This document shows, piece by piece, positions 10,273 to 20,200 of a stretch of DNA of 64,000 nt (position 1 is the first letter of the stretch; each line of letters begins with the position of its first letter). The stretch spans positions 832,001 to 896,000 of the forward strand of contig CM000431.1 in assembly GCA_000165345.1 (NCBI GenBank), given 5' to 3'. The notes under the pieces were generated by a model that was not told the origin of the DNA, made no database searches, and was given only the letters and a program-made list of their open reading frames with translations. A program made the position numbers and the translations under genes.

Positions 10273-12258
10273 ATGAAAAACGAAAATGATAGCAATGAAT
10301 TGCTTTCATTTTCTGAACTCTATGGCTCAATTCTTGATAGAAGGATTATTCAATCTTTGACTAATAGCAATTACTTGGTACCAACTAAAGTACAAGTCGA
10401 GGTCATTAAAAAGATTATTGAAGGTAAGGATTTATTAATTAACTCTTATACAGGTTCGGGAAAAACATTGGCTTATGCAATTCCTATTTGCCATAATTTA
10501 TTAAATATATCAAATAGATTAGCTAATAAGGTGTATTCATTAGTTTTAGTACCTTCAAGAGAGCTAGTAATCCAAACCCATGAAATTTTTGAGCAACTGT
10601 TGGTTTTCTGTGAGAATAATGTTTCTGTTGGAACTATATTTAATGCAGATGATAATTTGTTACATAAAGGGAAGGATCTTAAATATGGTAGCTTTCGTTA
10701 CAATATATTGATTTCAACTCCTGGAGATATCTTATGCGCTAAAGGAATGGGCTCAAAGGAGTCGATTTTCCAGAATATTGCTCATTTAGTAATTGATGAG
10801 GCTGATTTGTTATTTGCTTTTGGTTATGACAAAGATATGAGCAAAGTTTTGGATCTACTTCCAAATTCTCAAGATAGAAAGTATCAATGTATATTGCTTT
10901 CTGCAACATTAAACAAGGAAGTTGATTCTCTTAAAAAAATGGTCCTTCATAGACCTATTTTTGTTGATATTAAACCTGAAATTAAGGAAGATTATTTCGA
11001 TCAAGAAGGTAATGATTCAAAGTGCCAAACCTCGGGATTGTTAAGCGAGTACTATACCATTTGCGACAGCATGGTGGATAAATGGTTAATGCTCTACATT
11101 CTTCTGAAGATGAATGTAATTCCTAGAAAATGCCTTATTTTTGTATCTGAAGTAGATACTGCATACTCAATTAAGCTCTTTCTTGAAAGGTTTGGGATGA
11201 GTTGTGGCGTTCTCACTCCTATTATTCCTGCTGCAACTAGGAGAATGCTAATACAGTGCTTTAACCAAGGAAGCTATGACATTTTAGTAACTAGTGATAC
11301 AATAAATGAAAAGGATGAATCAGTATTAAGTATTTTAAAGGATAATTCAATCACATATAGAGGGGTTGACTATAAGGAAGTTGCTTCCGTATTTAATTTT
11401 GATTGTCCAAGTAGTGTTAGGTCATATATTCATCATATTGGTAGAACAGCTAGAGGTGGTTCTTCAGGAGTTTCAATAACTATTGTCAATAGTAATATAC
11501 CTAACGAAATGGAAGTATTGGATGAGCTTTTAAACGATAGCAACCGAAAAATGAATAAATTGAAGATCACATCCGAAGAGGTTGCCTGCTTCAGATATAG
11601 AATTGAAGATTGTATGCGAATTTTAACAAAAGGTAACATACAAAGGCACAAACTCCAGGAAATACAAGGGCTTATCCTGAACAATACCCGTCTTCTTAAG
11701 TCTGGCTATTTCAGCAAGCATCCAGGAGATAAAAATGTACTAAAGTCTTACCATAAGCATATTACAAATGCTTTAAATATTTCAAATTCTGGAAGGGAGC
11801 ACATTAAGAATATCCCTGATTATTTATATGATATGGTTAATAATAATATTTCCAATAGTCCTGATTTTGTTTTAGATCAATCTTCTATGCCAAATGTTTC
11901 AATGGATAGTGTACTTTCTAATACCAATAATAGTAGTCATGGTGGAAGTTTGACAGAAAAGGTACAAGAGGCTATTCGTAGAATGGGAGCCAAAGATTTC
12001 CAGTTTGTTAAAGAAAATAATCTTAACCCAACAAATGTAAACAAAACTGGAAATTTAAATTCTGGCAAGAAGAGAATTATAAGTCGAAAATCTCAGCTTA
12101 AGAAGGAACCAAAGTCGTACGAAGGTACTGTTCCAGATGAGCTTCCGGCTATTTCAGGCCGTAAGTTATGGAAGCTTAAACACAAAAAACGTGTTAAGAA
12201 GTACAAAGACTTTATTGATGATAACAAATACAGGAAGAAAAGGGGCGTAAGAAGATAA
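10273..12258 (+). CDS. DEAD-box ATP-dependent RNA helicase (661 aa) with a Lys/Arg-rich C-terminal tail, probably nucleolar.
   Basis: Motif I SYTGSGKTLAY, Ia PSRELV, II VIDEAD, III SAT, VI HHIGRTARGG, all in canonical order. E2F-like TTTGGCGG element about 140 bp upstream. Confidence 0.9.
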   Translation: MKNENDSNELLSFSELYGSILDRRIIQSLTNSNYLVPTKVQVEVIKKIIEGKDLLINSYTGSGKTLAYAIPICHNLLNISNRLANKVYSLVLVPSRELVIQTHEIFEQLLVFCENNVSVGTIFNADDNLLHKGKDLKYGSFRYNILISTPGDILCAKGMGSKESIFQNIAHLVIDEADLLFAFGYDKDMSKVLDLLPNSQDRKYQCILLSATLNKEVDSLKKMVLHRPIFVDIKPEIKEDYFDQEGNDSKCQTSGLLSEYYTICDSMVDKWLMLYILLKMNVIPRKCLIFVSEVDTAYSIKLFLERFGMSCGVLTPIIPAATRRMLIQCFNQGSYDILVTSDTINEKDESVLSILKDNSITYRGVDYKEVASVFNFDCPSSVRSYIHHIGRTARGGSSGVSITIVNSNIPNEMEVLDELLNDSNRKMNKLKITSEEVACFRYRIEDCMRILTKGNIQRHKLQEIQGLILNNTRLLKSGYFSKHPGDKNVLKSYHKHITNALNISNSGREHIKNIPDYLYDMVNNNISNSPDFVLDQSSMPNVSMDSVLSNTNNSSHGGSLTEKVQEAIRRMGAKDFQFVKENNLNPTNVNKTGNLNSGKKRIISRKSQLKKEPKSYEGTVPDELPAISGRKLWKLKHKKRVKKYKDFIDDNKYRKKRGVRR

Positions 12259-12336
12259 GTGAAAATTAAAAATTATATTTTTTTTCTTTTAATTATCGAT
12301 AGTCCTTGTTTCTACATTATAATGGAAACTCTTGAC

Positions 12337-15300
12337 TTAATTTTCGTTTAAACTATCTAATACGTACTTTAAATACTCCAATTTCGTTTCTTTATAGAAT
12401 TTTTTCATCTCCTCAATAAGTTCCAGCTCTGAGCCTGAAAAGTAGTTAATATAAACTACCAAAAATACCAAGAGTGTATTTTTGCAAGCTGAATCTTTAT
12501 ATGAGGTGATAATTTCTGAAATTAAATTAATTATTTTTTCATTATCGGAAGTTTCAATCATTTTTTTATTTGATTTAAATTGCCAAAATATATATGAAAT
12601 ATCAGTCTTATTGTGATATAGTAGAAATTTCATGATCTTAATATTAGATAGAATTTTTAATATAAAGCCAGTATCTGAAATGGTTTCAAATATAAAAACA
12701 ATGAATATGAAATAAAAGCAGTCAAGCAACTGTTCTGGGAAGTATATATTTGAGTCACAAAAGGCTGAAATGAGTGAGTCAATAAGCTTTAATAAGCATT
12801 CATTATCAGTTTTGTTGTTTAAGTTGTACATTGTTTTGGCACAAATCGATTTGTTTTGTCTCCAGGTACGAATCATCTCTAATAAATAATCCTGTAAGTT
12901 TTCATTTTCTTTAACAGACTTTTCTTTATTCATGTGGACATAATTCTGAAGTTCTAATGAAAACTTTAAATAATCTAAAATAGTAATTCCCATTAAATTA
13001 TAATTAGAGTTATCAGTCTCTAAATATTTTGATCTTGAAATATTAATAATTTGATTTATTGAGCATTCAAATATATACTTCGATAAGAAATCAATCAATT
13101 CTTTCATTGATTTGGAACTTTCCAAAGAAAGTAGTTGTTTATTGAAAACTCTCTTCATTAAGGAGAAAAGAAATGGATTTTCTGTAGAAGTTGTTTCTTG
13201 GGATATAGTTGTAATCTGATAATATACAATATTGACGGAGTAAATAAATGGATTTAATATTAGTAAATTTGTATTATTCAAGCAAAGCGAGTATTCGTCT
13301 AATACTCTACCATAGAAATTATCAAATGGTTCTGAGATTTGCTTATTCAATTTAAGAATCCAAAATAAGGTAATAGAATACTCCTCAAGATTTTTGCTAG
13401 CGAAAAGAAGTATAAATAGTTTTTCATATAGAATTTTGGAGTTATAGTTAAAATTTTCTATTTCAAAAATCAATTTATCATTTTTAGAAATAGTTACTTT
13501 ACTAGATTTAGGAGCTGAAGGGTCAAGTATTGCAATGTCACTGGTTTTAATGTGTTCATTGTGTGTTGACAAAAGAAGATAAATATAAAGCAAATTAGAA
13601 TTTAAGGACTGTAAGTAAATTGAATTTTTCTTAACAACATTATTATTTGTAATTATTGTCTGACTATCGTTCATATTAAGAGCTTCAAAATAGCATAATT
13701 CGTAACTGAAAAGCTGATTTGACTTTAAATAAAAGTCTGAGTTATCTGTACTTATGTAATTTGGAAGAATATAATTTTCAGTAAGTATTTGATACATTTC
13801 TGATAGTAAATCAAATGATGGTTTCATGTATTTGAAATTTAAAGAAATGATTTCCTCTTTACCAGTTAATAAGTGTATCCGAGATACTTCCTTTAAAAAA
13901 GTTGAGATCAGAATTATAAAGAAGAAATCTCCATAGGTTTTATTATTTGATAAAATACTTTGAGAATTTGTGATGCCCATTTCAATTTCGAGTAGAAAAC
14001 CGCTTTCCAATGTGAGTAAATCTATGTTAAAATCCTGCTTTGAATGAGTTTTGAGGTAACTTTCGCAAAAGCTGATAAGTTCGAAGTGTGGTTCAAAGTT
14101 ATCATTGGCAAAGCTGGAGTTGGAGTTGTATCTTTCAATTAAGAGAACTTGGAATCTGATAATTGATGTTGATAAAAGGACGAAATCAAAGTTTTCATAG
14201 TTACCAAGAGATAAGTTACCTCTAATTATTTTAACTTTTTCAAAGATTTTTCCAATGAGTTGGTTAAGAACTTGAATAAATTGTAAGTGTTCGTGTTCAA
14301 TCTCATGGTATTTAGAAAAAAGCAATAGATTACATCCTAGTCCATATAAATGATAAATTATGAAAGATTGAATTGAGTCTTTAAGATCTACAAATGTGAG
14401 GTAATGAATGAGATCTTTGCAAAAAATTGACAAATCCTCTAAATAAATATCCTTCAATGCCATTATACCAATCAGTTTTACTCCTTCAACAAGGCTTAAT
14501 TGAATAAATTCACTTATTTCACTTGAGTGTAATTTCCGAGGATCCAAAACAGCTAAAATAACTATTCTTAAAATTGGGAGTACTGATTTGATAAGGAAAT
14601 TACTTAAGAAATCATTTTGAATACTGACAAATTTGCTTTCAATACGATTATCAATACAATAAAGTGACTGAGTATAAGTGCTAATTAAATAAATAAAGCT
14701 GAAGAGTAATTTGGCCATAGGAGAGTTAGAGTACTCCTGGGACGCTAATTCGGATGAAGAAAAGTCAAAAACTTCATCTCCAAGAGCATTTATCATATCT
14801 TCTAATGATTGAAAGCAAATACTTTGGTCATAAATACATTCTCTTTGAATAAAGAGCCTAATAATACTTATGCTGGATATACGAGATTCCAAGGCTCCAT
14901 ATTTATTTTGAGCCATCCTACAAAGAAAAGAGAATAAATAGTTCTTCTGAACTGATAACTCACTATTATCGTATTTAGTTGGTACATACTTAAATATCTC
15001 TTGCATTGTATCTCTTAGTAGCTCTAGACTTCTTCCATCAGGTAGGTCAAATCTGATAAGGTGTTCTTCATCTTGCAAATCGTTATATCTTATACCAAGA
15101 GATTGTTTTTGCATCAAGTGCGTAAAGAACTCTAATCTCTGACTAATAATGTTGTTTCTGAAATAAGAAGGGAAGTAAACCAATTTTTCATCTAAAATTT
15201 CAAAAACAAACTCTGAAGGGGTTAAAAAGTAGCTTAAGAGCTTGAATTTGCATGCTTCTGGTAAATTATTTTTGGTTGATCTGATGGGAAATTGTCCACC

Positions 15301-16053
15301 AGTAAGTAAATTGTTTAAAGCTATTACTGAGTTTTCTGCAGTTCTTGAAGCATAAGATTCATGGAATAGCATATTCAGTAACAAATAGTGGATTGAAAGA
15401 TCTCCTGTTAAATACTTATACCATCTATGTATTCCAAACAAATATCCAAGCAAGTATTTATGATAAGTTTTCCCGAATTGGTGGTCAAAAGTATGGTACT
15501 CTCTTATTTTAATAAAAATTTTTCCTAAAGTACGGATTGCTATACATCTTTGAGACACATTGCTGCTTCTAGAGAGGTGCATAAGTTCAGGAATAGTGTA
15601 TCCTTCAAATTCACCTTGTTCAGAGTGGTGATGCAGCCCTTTGTAGAAATATAAATTATCGTTCTTATACTTTTCTTCAGAGTTAGAGTTATCGCAAAGG
15701 CAGCCTTCAAAATCAAACCTAAGGTTGTGAAGATTCATATCGGATTTACCTGGAGATTCCCAATCATTTACATCCTCACCTAATGGATTTGTCCAACGCA
15801 ATTTTAAAATATCATTTTGAGTAAAGTTAAAAATTAAAGGAGGTTTTGACTCGAAACCCTCATTTATTGGATTTTTATTCGCTCTATCCGTTTCTTTACT
15901 TCCTTCTTCACCTTTCTTTTCCAATTTTTTTCGATTGTATACTGCAGGAAATCCTGTATTTGGATGTTTAGATTGGAGTTTCTCACTTGCAAGGAAGCTA
16001 CCAACCTCCTCCTCTACTATATTAAAATCATCAGTGTTTGCATTTATTTGCAT
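12337..16053 (-). CDS. Large conserved hypothetical protein (1238 aa); possible RPAP1/Rba50-like RNA polymerase II-associated protein.
   Basis: 3.7 kb ORF with verified ATG. Motifs NLRFDFEG and TIPELMHLSRSSNVSQRCIAIRTLGKI resemble the RPAP1_N (RFDF.G) and RPAP1_C (L.RS...QR..AL) signatures recalled from that family. The functional call is tentative. Confidence 0.75.
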   Translation of the reverse strand: MQINANTDDFNIVEEEVGSFLASEKLQSKHPNTGFPAVYNRKKLEKKGEEGSKETDRANKNPINEGFESKPPLIFNFTQNDILKLRWTNPLGEDVNDWESPGKSDMNLHNLRFDFEGCLCDNSNSEEKYKNDNLYFYKGLHHHSEQGEFEGYTIPELMHLSRSSNVSQRCIAIRTLGKIFIKIREYHTFDHQFGKTYHKYLLGYLFGIHRWYKYLTGDLSIHYLLLNMLFHESYASRTAENSVIALNNLLTGGQFPIRSTKNNLPEACKFKLLSYFLTPSEFVFEILDEKLVYFPSYFRNNIISQRLEFFTHLMQKQSLGIRYNDLQDEEHLIRFDLPDGRSLELLRDTMQEIFKYVPTKYDNSELSVQKNYLFSFLCRMAQNKYGALESRISSISIIRLFIQRECIYDQSICFQSLEDMINALGDEVFDFSSSELASQEYSNSPMAKLLFSFIYLISTYTQSLYCIDNRIESKFVSIQNDFLSNFLIKSVLPILRIVILAVLDPRKLHSSEISEFIQLSLVEGVKLIGIMALKDIYLEDLSIFCKDLIHYLTFVDLKDSIQSFIIYHLYGLGCNLLLFSKYHEIEHEHLQFIQVLNQLIGKIFEKVKIIRGNLSLGNYENFDFVLLSTSIIRFQVLLIERYNSNSSFANDNFEPHFELISFCESYLKTHSKQDFNIDLLTLESGFLLEIEMGITNSQSILSNNKTYGDFFFIILISTFLKEVSRIHLLTGKEEIISLNFKYMKPSFDLLSEMYQILTENYILPNYISTDNSDFYLKSNQLFSYELCYFEALNMNDSQTIITNNNVVKKNSIYLQSLNSNLLYIYLLLSTHNEHIKTSDIAILDPSAPKSSKVTISKNDKLIFEIENFNYNSKILYEKLFILLFASKNLEEYSITLFWILKLNKQISEPFDNFYGRVLDEYSLCLNNTNLLILNPFIYSVNIVYYQITTISQETTSTENPFLFSLMKRVFNKQLLSLESSKSMKELIDFLSKYIFECSINQIINISRSKYLETDNSNYNLMGITILDYLKFSLELQNYVHMNKEKSVKENENLQDYLLEMIRTWRQNKSICAKTMYNLNNKTDNECLLKLIDSLISAFCDSNIYFPEQLLDCFYFIFIVFIFETISDTGFILKILSNIKIMKFLLYHNKTDISYIFWQFKSNKKMIETSDNEKIINLISEIITSYKDSACKNTLLVFLVVYINYFSGSELELIEEMKKFYKETKLEYLKYVLDSLNEN

Positions 16054-16137
16054 ATCTGGTAGACTTTTTAATCTAGAAACTTATCCAAAAATAATTAGTC
16101 AATTCTTAGCATTTTGACATTTTCCTATTAGATTGAG

Positions 16138-16147
16138 CCCGCCAAAT
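16138..16147. promoter_or_regulatory. E2F-like CCCGCCAAAT (reverse of ATTTGGCGGG), about 85 bp upstream of the minus-strand 1238-aa gene. A second element, TGGCGCC, sits at 16326..16332 toward RPA3.
   Basis: Both lie in the 470-bp divergent promoter (16054..16524). Confidence 0.5.
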
Positions 16148-16524
16148 TGATTCATTGCTTTTTAAGCCTGCTTAAATGAGAGCCAAAGAAATAGATAATA
16201 ATAATAATTCTTCAATAGCTAATGAAATTCAGGGGAAGTTGTGAGATTTTCCAATCTATTAGTTGTTTTTTAGTATCTTTTTAGCTTTAAATGCATATAG
16301 TTTACCATAATTATTTTGGCCAGGGTGGCGCCTCCCCACAACTAGTATTTTTATTTCCGTATATAATGTATTTAACGAGTTATATAAAAGGAAAAGAAAA
16401 TCATATAAGGCATAAAGGTTAGTGTTATATTGTTAATAACACTACTATTGAAGTTTTAAAAGAATTTCACTTTAGCTAATTGTCGGGTTAACAAGTCCTT
16501 TAACGACTTTATTTAAACATCACT

Positions 16525-16929
16525 ATGCAGAGCTCAATTGAAAATGCAAGGTAAGTTTTACTATTTTCTTTGATTCTAAATAATTTTTTAACCTAACATT
16601 TGACTAATAGGAGAGTAAACAAGGAGGAACTACAAAACTTCGTCAACAAGCAGGTTAGATTTGTTGGAAAAGTAGTTTCAGTCGAAGGAGAAATAGTAAT
16701 TTTAGAGGCGCCAGATGGTGGCACTGTCAGATGTAGAACTATAAGCCCACCACCAAGCACTTATGTAGAAGTCATTGCTCAAGTTATGCCCGATCTGTCA
16801 TTAACTCAAACGGACTTCATGTTTGATTTAGGCGACTCACTAAATATGGATTTAGTTAATGAAAGTATCAAAGTTTCGTTTCATCCCAAGTTAAGACAGC
16901 ATTGGGAGCCTGTTTCTAATATTGCTTAG
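16525..16929 (+). CDS. RPA3: Replication protein A 14 kDa subunit (RPA3). Two exons, 16525..16550 and 16611..16929, with a 60-nt GTAAGT...TAG intron at 16551..16610.
   Basis: The exon 2 ORF (the track calls it from a TTG) aligns by eye to human RPA3: R[IV]N..L..F[IV].K.V.FVG[RK], [FV]IL...DG[GE], FDLG...N...K. Upstream ATGCAGAGCTCAATTGAAAATGCAAG | GTAAGTTTTA...CTAATAG | G gives an in-frame phase-2 splice. Spliced product is 114 aa. Confidence 0.75.
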
Positions 16930-17002
16930 ATTACTTATAAGTTTTCTACACTATTTTAATATAATTTTTTTCTTCAATGGGAGCTTTCATCTTCAGTCTT
17001 CT

Positions 17003-17017
17003 CCCCCCCCCCCCCCC
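17003..17017. repeat. C15 homopolymer tract in the 277-bp spacer between RPA3 and the Trl1-like gene.
   Basis: 15 consecutive C residues in a ~30% GC sequence. Confidence 0.9.
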
Positions 17018-17206
17018 TTACTCTTCATTTCTATGCTGTCTTGCTAACTTTCAAAGACTGTGCATTCCCGCTAACTGTCATTCCAATCCCGGTTTCTACA
17101 GAAACTTCCAAAATCAAATTGAGAGTTTGTGATTTAAAAGACTATTTAGGTGCAAAATTTATGTAATACTTGTTTGGAAGAAAATTTATTTCAGATCTTT
17201 TTCAGT

Positions 17207-20200
17207 ATGGATCTATCTATATCCCCAAATTCTCTACTAAAGGAATTAATTGCAAACAAGGAATTCGTTCATATTGTCTCTACAGATGTATTGGCAGTTA
17301 CTGATAATTGTCTAGACTTTATTTGGGACGTTGGGATTAGTGGTCCCAGAGGTTCGGAAAGTAAAATATTTAATTCTAATAAACATTTGGTAGGTTTAAT
17401 AAGAAGAGGTCTTTCTTTTGGAATTAAACTTTCATTAGAAAAAGCTAAGAAATCAAAGAAGTGGTTTGAATATGATCCCAATAAAATTAAAGTTTGGATT
17501 CTCAAGCGAGGAATGGAAAAGTTTGGGGATTTACTATTTGATTTTGAAAAAAGATTGGATCAGATAACTCCTATATTAGGAGAAAACTTAAAGGGATTGA
17601 AAATTGTGGCATTGGAAAAGCTAGACGGAGAAAACTCCCAAATCTCTTACTTTGATACCACTGATCAATGGGTTATTGGTTCTAAGAATGTAACCATACT
17701 TTGTAGAGATATTAATGATTTAGAAAGTACTTTATATGCAGAAAGTAGATACGAATCTGTGAAAGTTAGTGCATACTCTTGGTTTCGTACACTGGAACAG
17801 TTCAAAGCTTGTTCTAAAGGGGATTTTGTAGCAAAAATTAATGATCTCAAGAAACTACTTATGAACAATACTTTGCTTTGCGAGACTATTGGAAATTCCA
17901 ATAGACAACATATAATTAATTATTTAGATATCACCACCCCTCAACTCTACTTCACTGGGTTGGTTTCAAAAGAAAACAAACGTGACAGCTGTTATAATCC
18001 TGTGTCTCTGATGCAATTTTTGGATCCATTTTTTTTCAAGTACACTGCCAAATTCGTTGATTTGCCTTCTCAATCCATCGTTTCTGAATCTTTAGAAAAA
18101 CGGATTTTTGGGAATATCTCAATTAGTTTCAGCCCAATCTGTTCTTTTAACAACCAAAGCTTTGACTTCCAAAGTATAGATGAACTTTGTAACTATTTAT
18201 CAGTTATACAAAGCATTATACTAACTCTAAGAACAAACACTGAAGGGATAGTGTTATATCTTATTAATTCTGGCCAAAAGTTGGATCAAGATATTGTTTT
18301 GTCTGCATTTAAGATAAAATCCCTGCAATTTTCCACTCTAAGACTTATTCGAGAAAATTTAAAGAACTCAATCATAAAGAATTTTGCAATTAATGGACTT
18401 GATGAATATAAAGAGGCAATGACACAACCTTACAAAAATCATAATTCTATCATGAAATACTCCATAGATAACTTTTGGTTCTCAGTATATAAATACTTAA
18501 TCATTTCAGTCCAAAATAATGCTGAAAACTTCTTCAATGTAATCGACAAAAACTTTAAGATTATTCGCAAACAAATTTCCAACGTTTATAATATCTTTGA
18601 CATTGAAATTGTTAATCAAATTGAGAATGAATTTGTTTTCTTCAAGCAATTACTATTATATTCTTCCATTTACTTAATAGATCAAATTATTTACTTAAAC
18701 TTGAATAACACTAAAACGGATAGTGTACAACTCTCCAGATACTTTTTTGACTCATTTTCGAGCTTTATTTCCGATATAAAGTCTCAAATATCCTGTTCCA
18801 GAAAATTAACTGGTATACCTCCGAGTATTTGCTCTACTTGTAATGTAAATTCATCCGGGTCAGTCATAGTTTCGCCTAGTCACTTTGGAAGTATTCCATC
18901 TGGATCTACTATTGAGTTTATGGTTCCTCCTTTTAACTGGTCTTGGAAAGAAATCAAGGATATGCTTTCTTCGGACTTCTCTCTTAGTCATGATACTTGG
19001 ATTCTCAACAAAGATGAATACTATGTAACTTTAGACCAAAAAGATTCCAGTGAAAGTTTTTTGTTTCCTTTTTCAAAGACAAAATATCATCTTTTTGTTA
19101 ATTTGAGACATGTATTCGATGATTGTGTATCACGAGAAAGAAACCAACTTTATAGTTACTATAAAATATTCGTTCCTAATAAGCATAAATTGTCTACAGA
19201 TAGTAATAATGAGGTTATCTTTACTAGAACTGAAAATAGTATCAAGTTGTCTACATTTAGATCCAGTTCAGTTAGACTATTCTGGAAAATGATCGGGAAA
19301 CTAGATTCTGCTACCAAGACAACTATTATAAATGAAATTGGAACTAAAGGATACAATCAGCTAAACCAAAACCAACAACTTGTAAGAAAATTAGAGACTC
19401 TCCCATTGAAGTTTCCTTGGGTTAATAAAAGTTGTACATATATCTTTCCTTCTGGTTACGCTATTAATATAAGAGACTTTGAGCACTTGCTATATGCAAT
19501 TTTTGGGTCTAGTGATTTTAAATACGTAGTAAATTCATTTTATAACTGTGAAACAAACCAAGACTTAAGCGAAACCGTTAATATTAAAGAAAGCCCAACT
19601 GGTAATGGATTAAAACTTGAAACCACTTTTGTTTTACCATGTGGAATCCCTGGTTCAGGCAAATCATTCATGCTCAAGTCATTTATCAAAAAACAAATGT
19701 CGATACGAAAAGATTCATATTATGTTTCAGCGTTAACTTCAGGAGAACATGTAACTAAATTTGATATGGAAGATGAATCCATTTACTCGCTGATTGTCTC
19801 GTCAAATAATAAGTCGAACTCTTCCAAAGATAAACGATTTGACTTGATTTTTTATGTATCCAAAGATGGATGCACAAGAAGTATATTGAATGGGTTTAAA
19901 TGGAACTATAACGCATTATTTTCCGAGAAAATTCCAAAAACATACACTAATTATAGTTTACCAGCTGATTCTTCCGAAGATTCATTGTCTGAAACAGAGT
20001 TTCGGAAATTGTCCAAAAAGTCCAAGTTTTGTATGAACTTTATAATTGAGTCTTTCATAAACCTTTGCTCAGAAATAGTCAAAGGTAATTACGAGAAAGG
20101 TTCAACTAAAGATGAGAGCTTTCCTGAGTGGGTTAAACATTTGAAAAGTGAATATAATTTTACCAGGAACTTAAGAATTTTAATTCTTGTGGATATGAAC

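Noticed and set aside
17150-17206. Track start codon GTG at 17150 for the Trl1-like ORF. Same issue for the TTG start at 23219 (EF-hand gene) and the TTG at 16600 (RPA3 exon 2).
   Set aside because: The track evidently allows bacterial alternative starts. In a eukaryote the first ATG (17207; 23174) or the spliced upstream exon (16525) is the plausible initiator.
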